Below the pieces are notes generated by a model. The model was not told where the DNA came from. It did no database searches and saw nothing but the letters and a program-made list of their open reading frames with translations. A stretch of DNA of 64,000 nt, from NCBI RefSeq assembly GCF_030144855.1, contig NC_082710.1, forward strand, positions 170,624,001-170,688,000, read 5' to 3'. Source of the stretch: Hypanus sabinus. Taxonomy: Eukaryota. The position numbers and the translations under genes were made by a program. How positions within the stretch are numbered: position 1 is the first letter of the stretch; the number at the start of each line of letters is the position of its first letter. This document shows, piece after piece, positions 12,470-26,300 of this stretch.

Positions 12470-14310
12470 AAGGGAATTACAGTGGTATGAGAGAGCAGTT
12501 GGCCAGAATTGGTTGGAAAAGAATACTGGCAGGGATGAATGCAGAGCAGTAATGGCTGGAATTTCTGGAAGCAATTCAGAAGGGACGGGATATATACATC
12601 CCAAAAAGGAAGAAGTATTCCAAAGGCAAAATGACACAACGCCATGGCTAACAAGAGCAGTCAAAGCCAGTGTAAAAGCTGAAGAGAGGGCTTATTGGAG
12701 CAAAACTTTGTGGGAAGGTAGAGGATTGGGAAGCTTTTGAAAACCAACAGGAGGCAACTAAGAAGGTAAAGATGGAATATGAAAGTAAGCTAGCCACTAA
12801 TATTAAAGAGGATACCAAAAGATTCTCCAGATACATGAAATGTAAAAGAGAGGTAAGAATGGATATCAGACTGCTGGAAAAAGTGCTGGAGAGGTAGGAA
12901 TGGGGGACAAGGAAACGGCAAATGAACTGAGTGAGTATTTTACATCACTCTTCACTGTGGAAGACACCAGCAGTATGGGAAAAGTTCCACGTGTCAAGGG
13001 TCATGAAGTATGTGAATCTACCATTACTAGAGAGGGACTCTCGGGAAACCAGAAGTTCTAAAGGTAGATAAATCGCTTGGACCAGATTGTATACACCCCA
13101 AGGTTCTGGAAGAGGAGGCTAAAGAGATTGTGGAGGCTTTATTAAGGTTCTTCAAAAATCACTAGATTCCAGAATCATTCCAGAAAACTGGAAAATTGCA
13201 AATGACATTCCACTCTTCAAGAAGGGAGAGAGGCAGAAGATAGGAAATTATAGGCCAGTTCATCAAGTCAGTGGTTGGGAAAATGTTGAGAGTCGATTGT
13301 TAAGGATGTGGTTTTGACATACTTGGAGGCACATGATAAAGTAGGCCGTAGTCAGCATGGCTTCCTCCAGGGAAAATCTTGCCTGGCAAATCTGTTGGAA
13401 TTCTTTGAAGAAGTTACAAGCAAGATAGACAAAGGAGAATCACTTGATGATGTGTACTTAGATTTTCAGTAGTCCCTTGACAAGATGCCGCACATGAAGC
13501 TGCTTAACAAGCCACAAGCCCATGGTATTACAGGAAAGATACGAGCATGGATAAAGCAGTGGCTGATTAGCAGAAGGCAAAGAATGGGAATAAAGGGAGC
13601 CTTTTCTGGTTGGCTGTCGGTGACTAGTGGTGCTCCACAGAGGTCTGTGTTGGGACAGGATTTTTTTTATGGCAAATGTATTGTTAGCATTAATTTCAAG
13701 AGGACTCGAATATTAAAAGCAAGTGTCTAACAGTGATACTTTTTATAAAGCACTGGTGAGGCCTGACTTGGAGTAGTGTAAACTGTTTTCGGCCCCTTGT
13801 CTTAGAAAAGGTGTGTGGAACCTGGAGAGGGTTCAAAGGATGGTCATAAAAATAATTCCAGGTTTAAGCGCTTGTAATATGAAGAGCGTTTGATAACTCT
13901 GGGCCTGTATTTACTGGAAATCAGAAAAATGAGGGATGACTTAATTGAAACCTATCGAGTGCTGCAAGGGCTTGAAGGAGTGGATGTGGAGAGGATATTT
14001 CCTATGGTGGGAGTGTCTAAGACCAGTCTCAGAATAGAGGGGCATCCTTTTAGAACGGAGATGAGGGGAAATTTCTTTAGCCAGAGAATGATGGATCTAT
14101 GGAATTCATTGCATCAGCCAGGCTAAGTCTTTATATGTATATTTAAGGTACAGATTGATAGATTCTTGATTGGTCTGGGCATGAAGGGATATGGGGGGGT
14201 GGGGAAGCAGGAGATTAAGGTGGAGAGAAAAAATGGATCAGCCATGATGAAATGGCACAGCAGATTTGATGGGCCAAATGGCTTAATTCTGCTCCTGTAT
14301 CTGATGGTCT
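12470..14310 (+). mobile_element. CR1-type LINE, degraded RT region
   Basis: RT motifs (NYRPVS-like, SQHGF, DFQ..FDK.PH, GAPQRSVLG) with stops and frameshifts. Confidence 0.85.
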
Positions 14311-17156
14311 TATGATTTCTTCATCCTCTTGAGGACTTGGGATGGAGCAATGAAAATCTCTAGGGACAGACGACTATGGGTGATGCCTTCAACCGAGGTT
14401 GGTTCTTCACATCGGGAAATCATGGAATCATGTAACATGGATACAGGCCCTTGGGTCAACACCACCATATCAACCAAGATGTCCTTTGAAACTTGTCCCA
14501 TTTCCCATATCACACTAAATCCTTCCTGCCCATGTTCTTATCCAAGGGTTAAAACAGGCCCTTGCCAGTCTAGTCCATGCCAATCTGATCTTCTGCCTAG
14601 TCCTGTCTTGCTGTACCACATACCCATAACCTGCCAAACCCTCCTTTTCATATGCCTATCCAAAGTTCTCTTAAATGCTATGTTGTTGTAAATGCACCCA
14701 CCTCAATCACTTCCTCTGGCAGCTCATTCCATACACTGACCATCCCCTGGGTAGAAAAAGTTACCGGGCAGTTTCTGATTGAAACTCTCCCCTCTCACCT
14801 TAAGATGATGTCCTCTGTCTCTTGATTTCCAGCTCTCAGCTGTGTAGACCATTGTCAGGCCCATCTGCAGTCTGTCTGTGTATTTATTGAGATAAACTGA
14901 GGAAAACAGGCTCTTCCAGTGCTTAGATCCACTCCACCCAGCAACCTCTGATTTAATCCGAGCCTAATCACAGAACAATTTACAATGACTGGTATGTCAT
15001 TACCGGATTATGGGAAGAAACCGGAACGCACAGAAGAAACCCACACCTTCCATGAGGAGAACATACAAACTCCTTACTGATGAGGTCAGAATTGAACTCT
15101 GAACTCCGATGCCCAGATCTGTAATAGCATTGCTCCAACTGCTGTGATACCATTGCACCCCCTCACCATCTTTGTGATCTTATGCACCTCTATAAGATGA
15201 CCTCTCAATCCCTACACTTCAGTGAATGAAGTCCCAACCTGCTCAACCTTTCTCCATAGGTCAGTCACTGAAAACCCAGCAATGTCCTCGTAAATCTCCT
15301 CTGCACTTCCTCCATCTTTCCCAATAACAGAGTAACCAAAACTGAACCCAAAATGCAGCTTGACAAAGGTTTTGTACAACTGCAACATAACATCCCAATT
15401 TCTGTACCCAGTGCTAGGCCGGAGTAACGCTCAAAATGCTGGAGGAACTCAGCAGCTCAAGCAGTGTCTATGGAGAGGAATAATTAGTCAGAATGTCAGG
15501 CTGACACCCTAGATCTAATGAAGGGTCTTGACCCGAAATGTAGACTCTTTATATCTTTCTGTAGATGCTGCCTGATCTGCTGAATTCCTTATGTTTCCAG
15601 CATCTGCAGAATTTCTTATGTTTTTGGCCAATGTGTCAAAAGCTTTTTTCACCATCCTGTTTACCTGTGACTTTCAGTGAAACTTGTACTAGTGCTCCTT
15701 AGTCCTCTGTTCCACAGAAGTCCCCAGGGTCCTACAGTTTACAGTGAATGTCCTACCCTCATTTGTCTTCTTAAATTGAAACCCTGGTCTTGACCTCTAA
15801 ATCAGAATTGCATAGCATAGAAGCAATTCCTTTGCAAAGGCCCTTGGAATGGGGAAACATTTACATAAAGGATCTTTGAGCAGTTAGTGTCATCAGTAAG
15901 TTTCTGAAGCTTTGCAGACCCAGGTTGAATCTTGGCCTTGGGTGTTGTCTGTGTGGTGTTTGCACGTTCTCCAGGGTTTCTCCCTGGATCCTCCATTTTC
16001 CAACCATATCCCAAAAATATGTGGGGGGGTGGTGGAATGGTTAGTGGGTTCTATTGATGCTGTAAATTACCACTATTGTGTGAAAGAGTGGTAGAATCTG
16101 GGAGTGGGAGGAAGTTTTTGAGAATGTGATGAGAATCAAGCATAAGATTTAATATAGGATCAGGGAGGAGGTACAGGAGCCTGAAGGCAACACTCAGCTT
16201 TTTAGGAACAATTTCCTCCTGTCTGTCATCAGATTTCTAAATGGACAATGAACCAATGAACACTACCTCACTATGTTTGCTCTCTTTTTGTACTACTAAT
16301 TTAATTAATCAGAATCAGTTTTATTGTCACTGGCATATGATGTGAAATTTGTTAACTTAGCATTCTGATTAAAGATTAGTGTAACTGTATCGTTGATGGC
16401 CAGCATGGACTCAATGGGCCAAAAGGCCTAATCTCTATTTCTCTATGACTCTGGAAAGATTTAGAAACATTTGAATAATATGCACATAATTTTAAAAAAA
16501 GTAAAAATAATCAGTAAATAAAATTTATCAGCAGAATATCAAACCTAAGTTAACTCCAGGGCAGCAGAATGGTGCAGCCAGCACATAGCGACCTGACCTT
16601 GATCCTCGCCTCCAGCAGGGTCTGTGTGGAATTTGCATATTAACCCTGTGACTGCAGAGTTCCCTCACACCCACTCCACTCCCCCACCTCTGGTGCTCTG
16701 ATCCCTCGCACAGACCAGTCCCTCACACAGGCCGGTGGGTTAATTGGCCCTGGTGTGTTAAGTGGGTGGTAGTATCGGGGTGGGGGGGGGGTGGGTGGGG
16801 GAAGTTGATGAGAATGTAGGGGAGAATTTTTTTTTAAATGGGATTAGTGAGGGTTGGCAAGAAATCAGTGGGCCAAAGGGCGTTTTCTCGTGCTGTATGT
16901 GTCTGTGATAAAATTTTCAGAACGGTACAGAACCAGAACAGGCTCATGATGTTGTCCCGTCTAATCTAATCCCTTCTGCCTACACATGGTCCATACCTCT
17001 CCAATCTCTGCACCTTCATAAACCTATCTAAGCTGCTGTTAAATGCCTCTATTGTTCTGCCTCCACTACTAGCACCTGCCACTCTCTGAATGTAAAGTAA
17101 AAAACTTCTTTAAAAATCCTGTGATTAACATCTCTCGGCCGGCGCTTCTTTCCCAG

Positions 17157-17403
17157 GTCCATTGCAACAACATGTTCACCTACCACGTGAAGGCATTCCG
17201 AAAGGTGGAATGTTTCTTCAAGCCGAGTGTGACTGGCTCCTGGGATCCGGTGCCTGTCAGCTCCACCATGGTCCATGACAACAAGAACCCCAGCGCCCGT
17301 TTCGTCAAGGTGCCTCTGCGCCAGCGAGTTGGCCAGGTGGTGCGCTGCAACTTCTACTTCGCCGACGCCTGGATGATGTTCAGCGAGGTCACCTTCCGCC
17401 TGG
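17157..17403 (+). CDS. DDR1: DDR1 coding exon 6/16 (DS-like domain end)
   Basis: tcccag|GTC...CTG G|gtaaga; 247 nt; VHCNNMFTYHVKAFRKVECFFKP...VRCNFYFADAWMMFSEVTFRL. Confidence 0.97.
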
Positions 17404-18480
17404 GTAAGAGTTGACTGCGGTGCTGGGTGGGGGGAGGGGATAGAACAGGAGGTGAGGGCCAGTCTAACCTGGGATTGGCCAGTCGAGCCTGTTCTGCTGG
17501 TCGGTGAGCACTCGGCTGGCCCCTGCACTGTCTCGGGTGTAAAAGTGCCAGGTTGAGCAAAAGTATCGGTTATCCAGACCCTGCCCTCACCATCCCCCCT
17601 AGTGTTGTCCCTACGCTGCACCATCAGACTCCTCAGCACTGTTACAGTTGTGTTCAGCACTCACCTCCACAGTGCCCGCAAGCTGGGAAACTAAGTTGTA
17701 GCTGAGTCCCCATTTCATTCCCCAGCACCTCTGGTGAAGTGGGAGGAGGGGGGGTTTCACTTTCCTCCTTCCACCCCTCACCCATCTGTCTGTGTACATC
17801 TGTGTCTGAGTGTGTGTGTGTGTGTACATATGTGTCTCTGTGTGCCCTCTAAGCTGCCCAGATGCGTGGTCGTGCAGGAACAGAAATGCCCATGTGCACA
17901 CAGCATTTGTTGCCACAGAGCTGGAATATTCTTTACATAATATTTTATTAAAGTGCCACAGTTTTCAGGCCGTGTTTTTTTTCTAGGAAAAATCCCGCTC
18001 AGAGAAATGGTTGATCCATGCAGTTGTGGAAAAAAAAGAGGGAATATTGGTCTCTGTGATTATCTGTGTCTCTGTGTGTGCTATCCATCTCTGTCAGTGT
18101 ATCCATCTGAGCCTCTGTGTGTTTGTCTGTGTTGCTGTGTCTGCAACCATTTGTCATGCTCTTTGCTGCTCCCTGCTGCTGTCTGTGTGGAGTTTGCACC
18201 TCCTCCCAGTGACTCTCTAGAGTTTCCTCCCACTTCCCAGAGCTGTGTGAGACGTGTGGCTTGATCAGCCACTGTAAGTTGTCAACATCGTGTTGGGGAG
18301 TAGTGGAATTGGTGGGGGTGGGGAAGGAGTTGATAAGAAATGGGAGAATGAAATGTGGGTTTGTGTAAGTGCATGCTTTGTGGTTAGTAGGGATTTGCTG
18401 GGCTGAAGGGACTTGTTTCCATGCAGTATGACTCACCTACTCTTCCTCATGCCATCCCTAACCTGCTTCGCTCTCCCTAG

Positions 18481-18624
18481 GCTCCAGAATCACGACTCCT
18501 CTCCACACGGATCTAAAGCCACGCGCTCCCGCCCCGCCAGAATTGGGAACCATAATCCCGCCGGCAAGACAGTCCACTGCCAATCACCGGATGGATGCCA
18601 TGATTCCGACCGTCAGTAACCTAG
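18481..18624 (+). CDS. DDR1: DDR1 coding exon 7/16 (extracellular Pro/Thr-rich stalk)
   Basis: ctctccctag|GC TCC...CTA G|gtactg; 144 nt, phase 1->1, open; (G)SRITTPLHTDLKPRAPAPPELGTIIPPARQSTANHRMDAMIPTVSNL. Assigned by position, phase and composition rather than sequence similarity. Confidence 0.75.
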
Positions 18625-21274
18625 GTACTGCAAGTTGGGTAGCTTAAGGGCTGGATGGACTTCCCTGGGTCTTCAGTCACATTTGGAATGCAGTGCTGAC
18701 TTCCGTTAGGAGTGTGAGGAATGACCAGCGTTGTGCTGGTAACCCAGCCAGCCATCCCGCATTCACCTCTTCAGTCACAAGACCCAGTGGAAGCTGGCTT
18801 CCCTCGATCCCAAGTCACCGCTGAGAAGAACAACCCATCACTCACTCCCTCCTCCCACTGGGTCCCCTCCCCAACTGTTCCCATCTGCCCTCGCACCTCT
18901 CTCCCTCATTTCCATTCTCCACCTTCCTCAACATCAGAGTTCACCATCTACAGCCATCTATCGGTCACCTCCCACCTTCTGTCCCTACCTCCACCCTTCC
19001 CTCCTCCATCTGCCTATCACCACTCTTCACCTGGATCCACCTTAGCCCTTTCCCATCACCTTTTTGCAATGGCTTTTTCCCCTCTGCTCTTTCAGTCCAG
19101 GGTGAAGGCTTTTGAGCCAGAAGATCTGTTAACTGTTCATTCCCTTTCACAGACCCTTCTTCACCTGCTGGCTCTCTCGAGTGGATTGCTTTTTGCTCAG
19201 ATTCCAGCATCTCTCGTCTCTTGTCTCCACATGAAAAAGAAGGGTGACAACATTCACAGTTACCCCCAGAATTATATAACATCTCTGGAGTGTGTCTGCA
19301 GGAAGTAGAGGTCACTGGGAGAGGGAATATAGTTACAAGCTTTGGGGAGGTGGGGTGGCAGCAAAGAGTATAGGAATTTAGAAATACATGGAGTATACAT
19401 GGAGTGGACAGCCAGAAGCTTTTTCCCAAGGCAGTAACTGCTAAAGCAAGACGGCATAACTTTAAAGTGTTGGGAGGAGAATATAGGTTGGATGTCAGAG
19501 ATAGGTTTTTTTAAAACGTAGGAACACCCTGGCAGGGGTGGTGGTAGAGCCAGATACATTAGGGACATTTAAGAGACTCTTCGGCACAGGATGAAAGATA
19601 AAAGGAGGGCAATGAGGGAGGGAAGAGTTGGATTAATCTTGGAGTAGGTTAAAGGATTGGCACAACATTGTGAGCCAAAGAGCCTCCATTATGCTCTACT
19701 GTTCTATATAACATAGAACACAGAAGAGTACAGCACAGAAATAGGCCTTTCGGCCCACAATGTTTTGCAAACCAATTAAGTAAGTTATCAAATGTCCAAC
19801 TAAACTATTCCCATTGCCTACACAATGTCCATATCCTTCCATTTCCCACGGATTCATATACCTATCTAAAAGTCACTAAAAAGTCTGTAATGCAGGGGTT
19901 TCCAACCTTTTTATGTCAAGGAGCCTGCCAGTAAGCCAATGGAGCCAAAGTTGTGACCCCTCCCCCCCCACCCTGCTGTAATGTATGTGCCTTTTACACC
20001 ACTCCAGGCACCTGCCACACTCTGTGTAAATAAGTACATGTCCTTTAAAGTTACTCCCCCTCACCTTAAATGCATGCTATATTCTCTGTCCTGAATGGGC
20101 GAGGATTAAATAAAACTGTTCATTTAAAGAGGAAGTCAGAATCGAGTTTATGATCACTGACAGGTGTCATGAAATTTGTGGTTTTGTGGCAGCATTGCAG
20201 TGCAACAGATTAACGAATTGCTATACGTTACAAAAAGTAGTGCAAAAGAGGAAGCAATCTACTGATGGAGGGGAAAAAAGCTGTCCTTAAAATGTTGATA
20301 GAGGATAAACTTTGGAAGCTTTGGGGAACTGTTGGCAATGGGGCCAGGAGAGTGACAGAGGCGAGGAGATAAGGCCTGTGGTAGAACTGCCATGATCCTA
20401 GTGACTGACAGGCCAGCCTTAAGAGGCTAAATGGCTAAACCCTGCTCCTATGGTGTTTGTACAGATTTCAAGGAAACCAATAGGAGCAGGTGTTGGTCAT
20501 CTGGCCCTTTGAGCTGCTCTGCCATTCAATAAGATCATGACTGATCTGGCCATGGGTTCAGCTCCATTTTCCTGCCTTTTCCCCAGAACCCTTAATTATC
20601 CTGCTACGTGTCTTAAATATATCTGATGAGTAGCTTCTACAGAGAATTTCACAGATTCACTACTCACTGGGAAAAGCAATTTCTCTTCATCTCCATCCCA
20701 AACCTATTCCCACAAATCTTGAGGCTATGTACTAGTCTCAACTACCAGTGGAAACAACTTTCCTACCTTTCATAATGTTATGTATCTGTATAAGATGGAA
20801 GCTTTGGAGAAGGTGCAGAGGAGATTTACCAGGATGCTCAACTGGATTAGAGAGCATGTCTTCTGAGGATAAGTTGAATTAAATAGGGCTTTTGTCTTTG
20901 GAGCAAAAGAGAATGAGATGATAAGAGGCATTTATAGAAAATGTACTCAGCACCTCTTTCCCAGGACTGAAATGGCTAATACGAGAGGATATAATTTTAA
21001 GGTGATTGGAAGAAAGTCTAGGAGGGATATCAGAGGTAGGTTTTTATACATAGAGTGGTGGGTGTGTGGAACATACTGCCAGGCTCGTGGTAGAGCAAGT
21101 ACATTAGGGCATTAGGAACACTTACGAGGCATATAGATGAAAGAAAAATGGAGGGTTATGTGAGAGGGAAACTTGGAATAGTACAACATTGTGGGCCAAA
21201 TGGCCTGTACTGTGCTATACTGTTCTATGTTCTAAAGTCTTCTAATTTGCTGCTTTCTCTTGCCACCCTCCCAG

Positions 21275-21444
21275 ACATGGATTCATCGGTGAACATATCC
21301 CCGGATTCTGGCCGCCCCGTCGCCAAGGCCGACCACAGCAACACCTCCATGCTGATTGGTTGCCTGGTGGCCATCATCCTCCTTCTCCTAATTGTCATCT
21401 TCATCATCCTGTGGCGGCAGTACTGGAAGAAGATTCTCGGGAAG
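21275..21444 (+). CDS. DDR1: DDR1 coding exon 8/16 (transmembrane)
   Basis: ctcccag|AC ATG...AAG|gtaggt; 170 nt; ...RPVAKADHSNTSMLIGCLVAIILLLLIVIFIILWRQYWKKILGK. Confidence 0.97.
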
Positions 21445-22899
21445 GTAGGTTGGACACTTTGGCTGTCGTGAGGGGCAGGGGAGAGCAATAGGAGCTGTGA
21501 ACGTTGTGGCGAGGCAAGGGTTAAGATAATGTCCAGGCAAGTATAGTTTGCAAATAGTGTGCAGTCTTTGATAGTTGTTCTCTATAGTGGGGGAGTATAG
21601 GATCAGATGGCATAGCCTCAGAATAGAGGTGTGTCCCTTTAGAACAGAGATGAGGAGGAAATTCTTTGGCTGGGGGGGTGGATCTTTGGAATTCAATACC
21701 ACAGATGGCTGTAGAGACTAACCATTGGGTGTATTTAAGGTGGAGTTTGACAGGTTCTTGTTTAGTAAGGGTGTCAAAGGTAATGGGGGGGAATGCAGGA
21801 GAATGGGATTGAGAGAGATAATAAATCACCCACGATAGAATGGCAGATTCAGTGGGCCAAATGGCCTAATTCTGCCTCTATGTCATATGGTTTCAATCAG
21901 CCCAGACTAAAAAGGTCTTTGAAGAGCATAATTCCCTTTTCACAACAGAGTACTGGAGCCATTCCGCATATGGAGATGAGATGAGGGTTAAGTGGAAAGA
22001 TGCAAATACACACCACTGAAGGACAATTACTTCACTAATGTCAGAGTATTATCGGTTGTCAACCTGTAGTTTCTATTGACCTTGAACACCTGTGTTGTGA
22101 ATGGCGATAATCTTGCAAGCAAAGGATTTGAATATACGCAGTTTACCAAATGGTCAATATCTGTAACTGCTAATCAATTTTGTATGGAAATTGCATTTTC
22201 TCTGTTCAGACTTCAGAATGGTGTGGTGACTGGGGCCATGCTTTTTTCTTGTTCATTCAGTCGTTATGTGTCGTGTGACGTAGGCAATCTTGGTCTTTCT
22301 ATGACCGTGCTTGTTCTTGGCAAATTTTTCTACAGAAATGGTTTGCCATTGCCTTCCTCTCAGAAGTGTCTTTACAAGACGAGTAACCCCAGCCATTATC
22401 AATATTCCTCAGAGATTGTCTGCCTAACGTCAGCAGTTGCTTTAGCAGAACCTGAGATTATGCACCAGCTGCTCTTAAGACCATCCACTACCTGCTCCCC
22501 ATGGCTTCACGTGACCCTGATCTGAGGGCTCCACCTTGCACAGCAGGTACTGCACCTTGCCCAAGGGTGGCCTGCAGCTAGCAGAGGGAAGGAGCACCTT
22601 GCCCCTCTGTTGGTAGTGACGCATCTCCACCCCACCAGCCTTGTGCAAAAGTAAATAAAGTGTGATTGAGAAATGAGTGTGACTGTTCAGAGCCCAGTTA
22701 ATTGGCTATGGCAGAGCCGCCTGATGGTAGCTGGAGAAGATGGCATGGCTCGGGTGATGGGGATATTTGATGAAAGATGCCTGCTTGAGGCAGCCCCTCC
22801 TATTAATACTACTAATGGTGGAGAGGGCTGTGCCTGCCATGGGCTGAGTGGAATTCACTCCTCTCCACAGCTTTTAATGTTTCTGTACACTTGAATCAG

Positions 22900-23740
22900 A
22901 TTCGGGTTTCTTATCAGTGATATGTGGTGAAATTTGTTGATTTATTGCAGCTGTACAGTGCAATACATAAATTACTGTAAATTACAAGGATAGATTAAAA
23001 AAATGGTTCAAAAAAGGGAGCAAAAAGTGAGTTAATGTTCATGGGCTGTTCAGAAATCTGACGGCAGAGGGGACGAAGCTGTTTCTAAAACATTGAGGCT
23101 CCCGTACCTCCTCCCTGATGGTAGTAATGAGAAAAGACCATGTTTCTGACGGTGGAGTCCTTCATGATGAATGCTGCCACCTTGGGTTAGCATTTTCTGA
23201 AGATGTTTTCGATGGTGGGGAAGCTTGTGCCCATGATGGTGCTGGCCGAGTCTACAACCCTCTGCAGGTTTTTCTGATCCTTTGCATTGGAGCCTCCACT
23301 CCAGGCAGGGTTGCACCCCGTCAGAATGCTCCCCTTGGTACACCTATAGAGATTTGTTAGTCTTTGGTGACATATCAAATCTCCTCAATCTCCTCATGAA
23401 GTATAGCTGTTGGCGTACTTTCTTTGTGATTGCATCAATATGTATCTGTTGTACTGTAACGGCTGTATTAGACCATGAGTGCAACCAGTCACGATACTTT
23501 CAACTGTACATCTTCAGATGTTAGTGTCCCTTCACAAGCCAAATTCCTTGAACCTTAGCAGGAAGCAGAGACATTGGCTCACCTTCTTTCTAATTGCATC
23601 TGTGTGCTGGGACCAGGGCAGGCCAGCTTGCATGTTAATACCCAGGAATTTAAAGCTGCTGACCCTATCCACTGCCAATTCCCTCAATGTAGACTTGCGC
23701 ACATTCGGCCTCTTTCCCCTTCTTGAAATCAATATTTAGT
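22900..23740 (-). mobile_element. Rex1/Babar-type LINE fragment
   Basis: Minus ORFs VDRVSSFKFLGI...WSQHTDAIRKK and LYRCTKGSILTGC...QKNLQRVV. Confidence 0.75.
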
Positions 23741-23916
23741 CCTTATCGAGTGTTTGGGTAATGAGGAGGGTGGGAACTGTGCTAGTGGGGAGTGGGATGT
23801 GGCGAGGGGAAACGGCAGATTGTCTGGTTGGGAGAGGTGAAAAGATAAAGTCTTCCTCCATTAAATCTGACCATTCCTCCCCCTCAATGCCCTCCCCCAC
23901 CCCGCCCAACCCCAAG

Positions 23917-24127
23917 GCTCAGCGGCGGATCTCAGACGGGGACTTGACCGTGAGGCTCTCCACGCCCGGTGACACCATCGTCATCAACAACACCCAGACC
24001 AGCGGGGCCACCAGCCGCCACTCCAACCTGTACGAGCGCATCAGCTCCGGGGAGCTGGAATACCAGGAGCCCAGCAGAGTGCGGATGAAACTGCCCGATC
24101 TGCCACAGGGAGCGACTGATGGAGACG
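23917..24127 (+). CDS. DDR1: DDR1 coding exon 9/16 (intracellular juxtamembrane)
   Basis: cccaag|GCT...GAC G|gtgagc; 211 nt; AQRRISDGDLTVRLSTPGDTIVINNTQ...NLYERISSGELEYQEPSRVRMKLPDLPQGATDGD. An in-frame CAG acceptor 6 nt downstream could be used instead. Confidence 0.92.
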
Positions 24128-26300
24128 GTGAGCTGTGGGTGAGGGGATGTGGTGGGGGAAGGTAGCTCATTAGCCGAATCCATTTGGGGGAGGGGTAACC
24201 CCCCCAACCCCGTTAGGGAAAACAGCAGAGAGGGGTCCGCGGCTGGTTGACACGTTTTGGATGGAGTTGGTAGAGGATCCCTGAAGACCACCCCACCCTT
24301 TTCCCTCCCCCTTCCCCACCCCCCCACCACCGCCACCTTGCTAGGGTTATCCAGAGGCAATGCAGATTATGGGGCCTAAGCATGGAGCAGACCCTTCGAC
24401 CCGCCAAATTATACCACTACCTGTTGGTCTGCACTTCACCATTAGGTTTATTATCACCAACGTACATCATGAAATTTGTTGTTATCTTGGCAGCAGTACA
24501 ATGCACAGCATAAAAAATTATTATAAGGTACAATAAAAATGAAGTGTATCAGTGAGGTAGTGCTCATGGATTTGTTGTCCATTCAGAAATCTGGTGACAG
24601 GGGAAGAAGTAGGTCCTGAAACATTGAATGTGGGACTTCAGGCTCCTGTACCTGCTCCCTGATGGCAGTAATGAGAAGATGGCATCCCCTGGATGGTGAG
24701 GGTCCATAATAGAACATAGAACAGTACAGGCCCTTCAGCCCACAATGTTGTGCTGACCTTTTAACCTACTCCAAGATCAAACATAGAAACATACAAATCA
24801 ATCTAATGCCTTCTTCAGGCACCGCCTTTCGCAGCCGCCCTCGTTGGCAGGGAGACTAGTGCCTGTGGTGGAGATGGCAGAGCCTGCACCCACGTTCCTC
24901 CGTTCCCTGTAATATTTGTGTGTCCGTCTAACAGCCTCTTTAATGCCATTGTTGTATCTGCCTCCATATAGCCCGTTGCAGGCATCTACCACTCTCTGTG
25001 TAAATAGAAACTTAACTCCTTTCAACTCTACACCCTCCAAGTACTTCCTTTCATACTTGAAGTTTCTATCCTGGGCATTTGAAAAAACAATCTGAACTCC
25101 AGTAATCAAGCATCTAATTGTATAAATTGATCACTCTGGAATGGGAGCCAGGGACTTCTGGACTGTGTCTGAAACTGGGTGGGTGGATTTTTGTGGTGTG
25201 GATGGGTTTTCATATCACATACAGTAAACCTCCAAAAACTGTTGTCTTTGAGGATATTATTTTCTGGACTGTGGTCCATGCATACAATAATTTTCCCTTT
25301 TTCCTCTTTATCACATTTTACAATAGTGCAATAAATTTTCTGGTGAAGCCAGAAAGTTTTGACAGGAGCAAGAAATAACAGATGTTCTACAAATCCCAGC
25401 TCCACTCTCCACTCTCACACACCAATCCCGCAGTCTGCTGGACACCCAAATTGCACTCTTAATTCCACCACTTCCTACCGCCCCCTCCCCACTCACAGCC
25501 CAAATGAATGAGTGAGCTGGATGCTGGGCGGTCAGGAGTTGTGAACAATACTTACCACATTATCAAAGGTTTAATTAATTTATTTCTCAGCCAATGACAC
25601 ATTTCTCCTGGCATAGGTTCTCAACTCAATACGTCAAATGTTCCTCTCCCTCTCTAAAGATACTGTTTAACCCACTGAGTTCTTCCAGCAGATTTTAAAA
25701 CTAGAATTAAACCATGTTAATCATGATGCTGAACAGATGGGGGGATGGGTAAGGAAAGGGAATGTTTACCTCGATAGGTTCAGCGTTGGATATAGGGAGC
25801 ACCAGGCCAGTGTATTGGATGCCGTAACCTTATCTCCTCAACCAGTGAATGCAGGGACTGTATACTGTCCAATCAATGTTCAGAGATTGTACTGATTGGC
25901 AGGTGTGGGAGGGGATGTTGGAGGAGAGAGGGGAAACTCAAAGGACTCCCCTTCTCTTCTGGAATCAGAATGGTTCTGCTTCTCAATTTGAGCTGTGACT
26001 TGTCTCCATTTTTGGGCCAATGCCATGCCACCTACTACAGTCCCTTTCCTAGAACCACCATGGTAGGTGCAACGTGATTGAATGAGGTCACCATGAGGAA
26101 AGGTTTGAGATGCCCAACAGGCGGTGGGGAGGTGGGTGGAGGCTGCGCAAGTGGTGGCACAAGAGGCTTCACCCCAAGTATTGTGTTGTCCACCCTCTGC
26201 CCCTCCCCTCCTCCCATGTTTGTTTCCCCTTCTGTCTTGTTGCTCCTCCTTCCACCCTCGATGTTCATCCACCCTTGTTGTGTTCCCTCCTCTCCGACAG

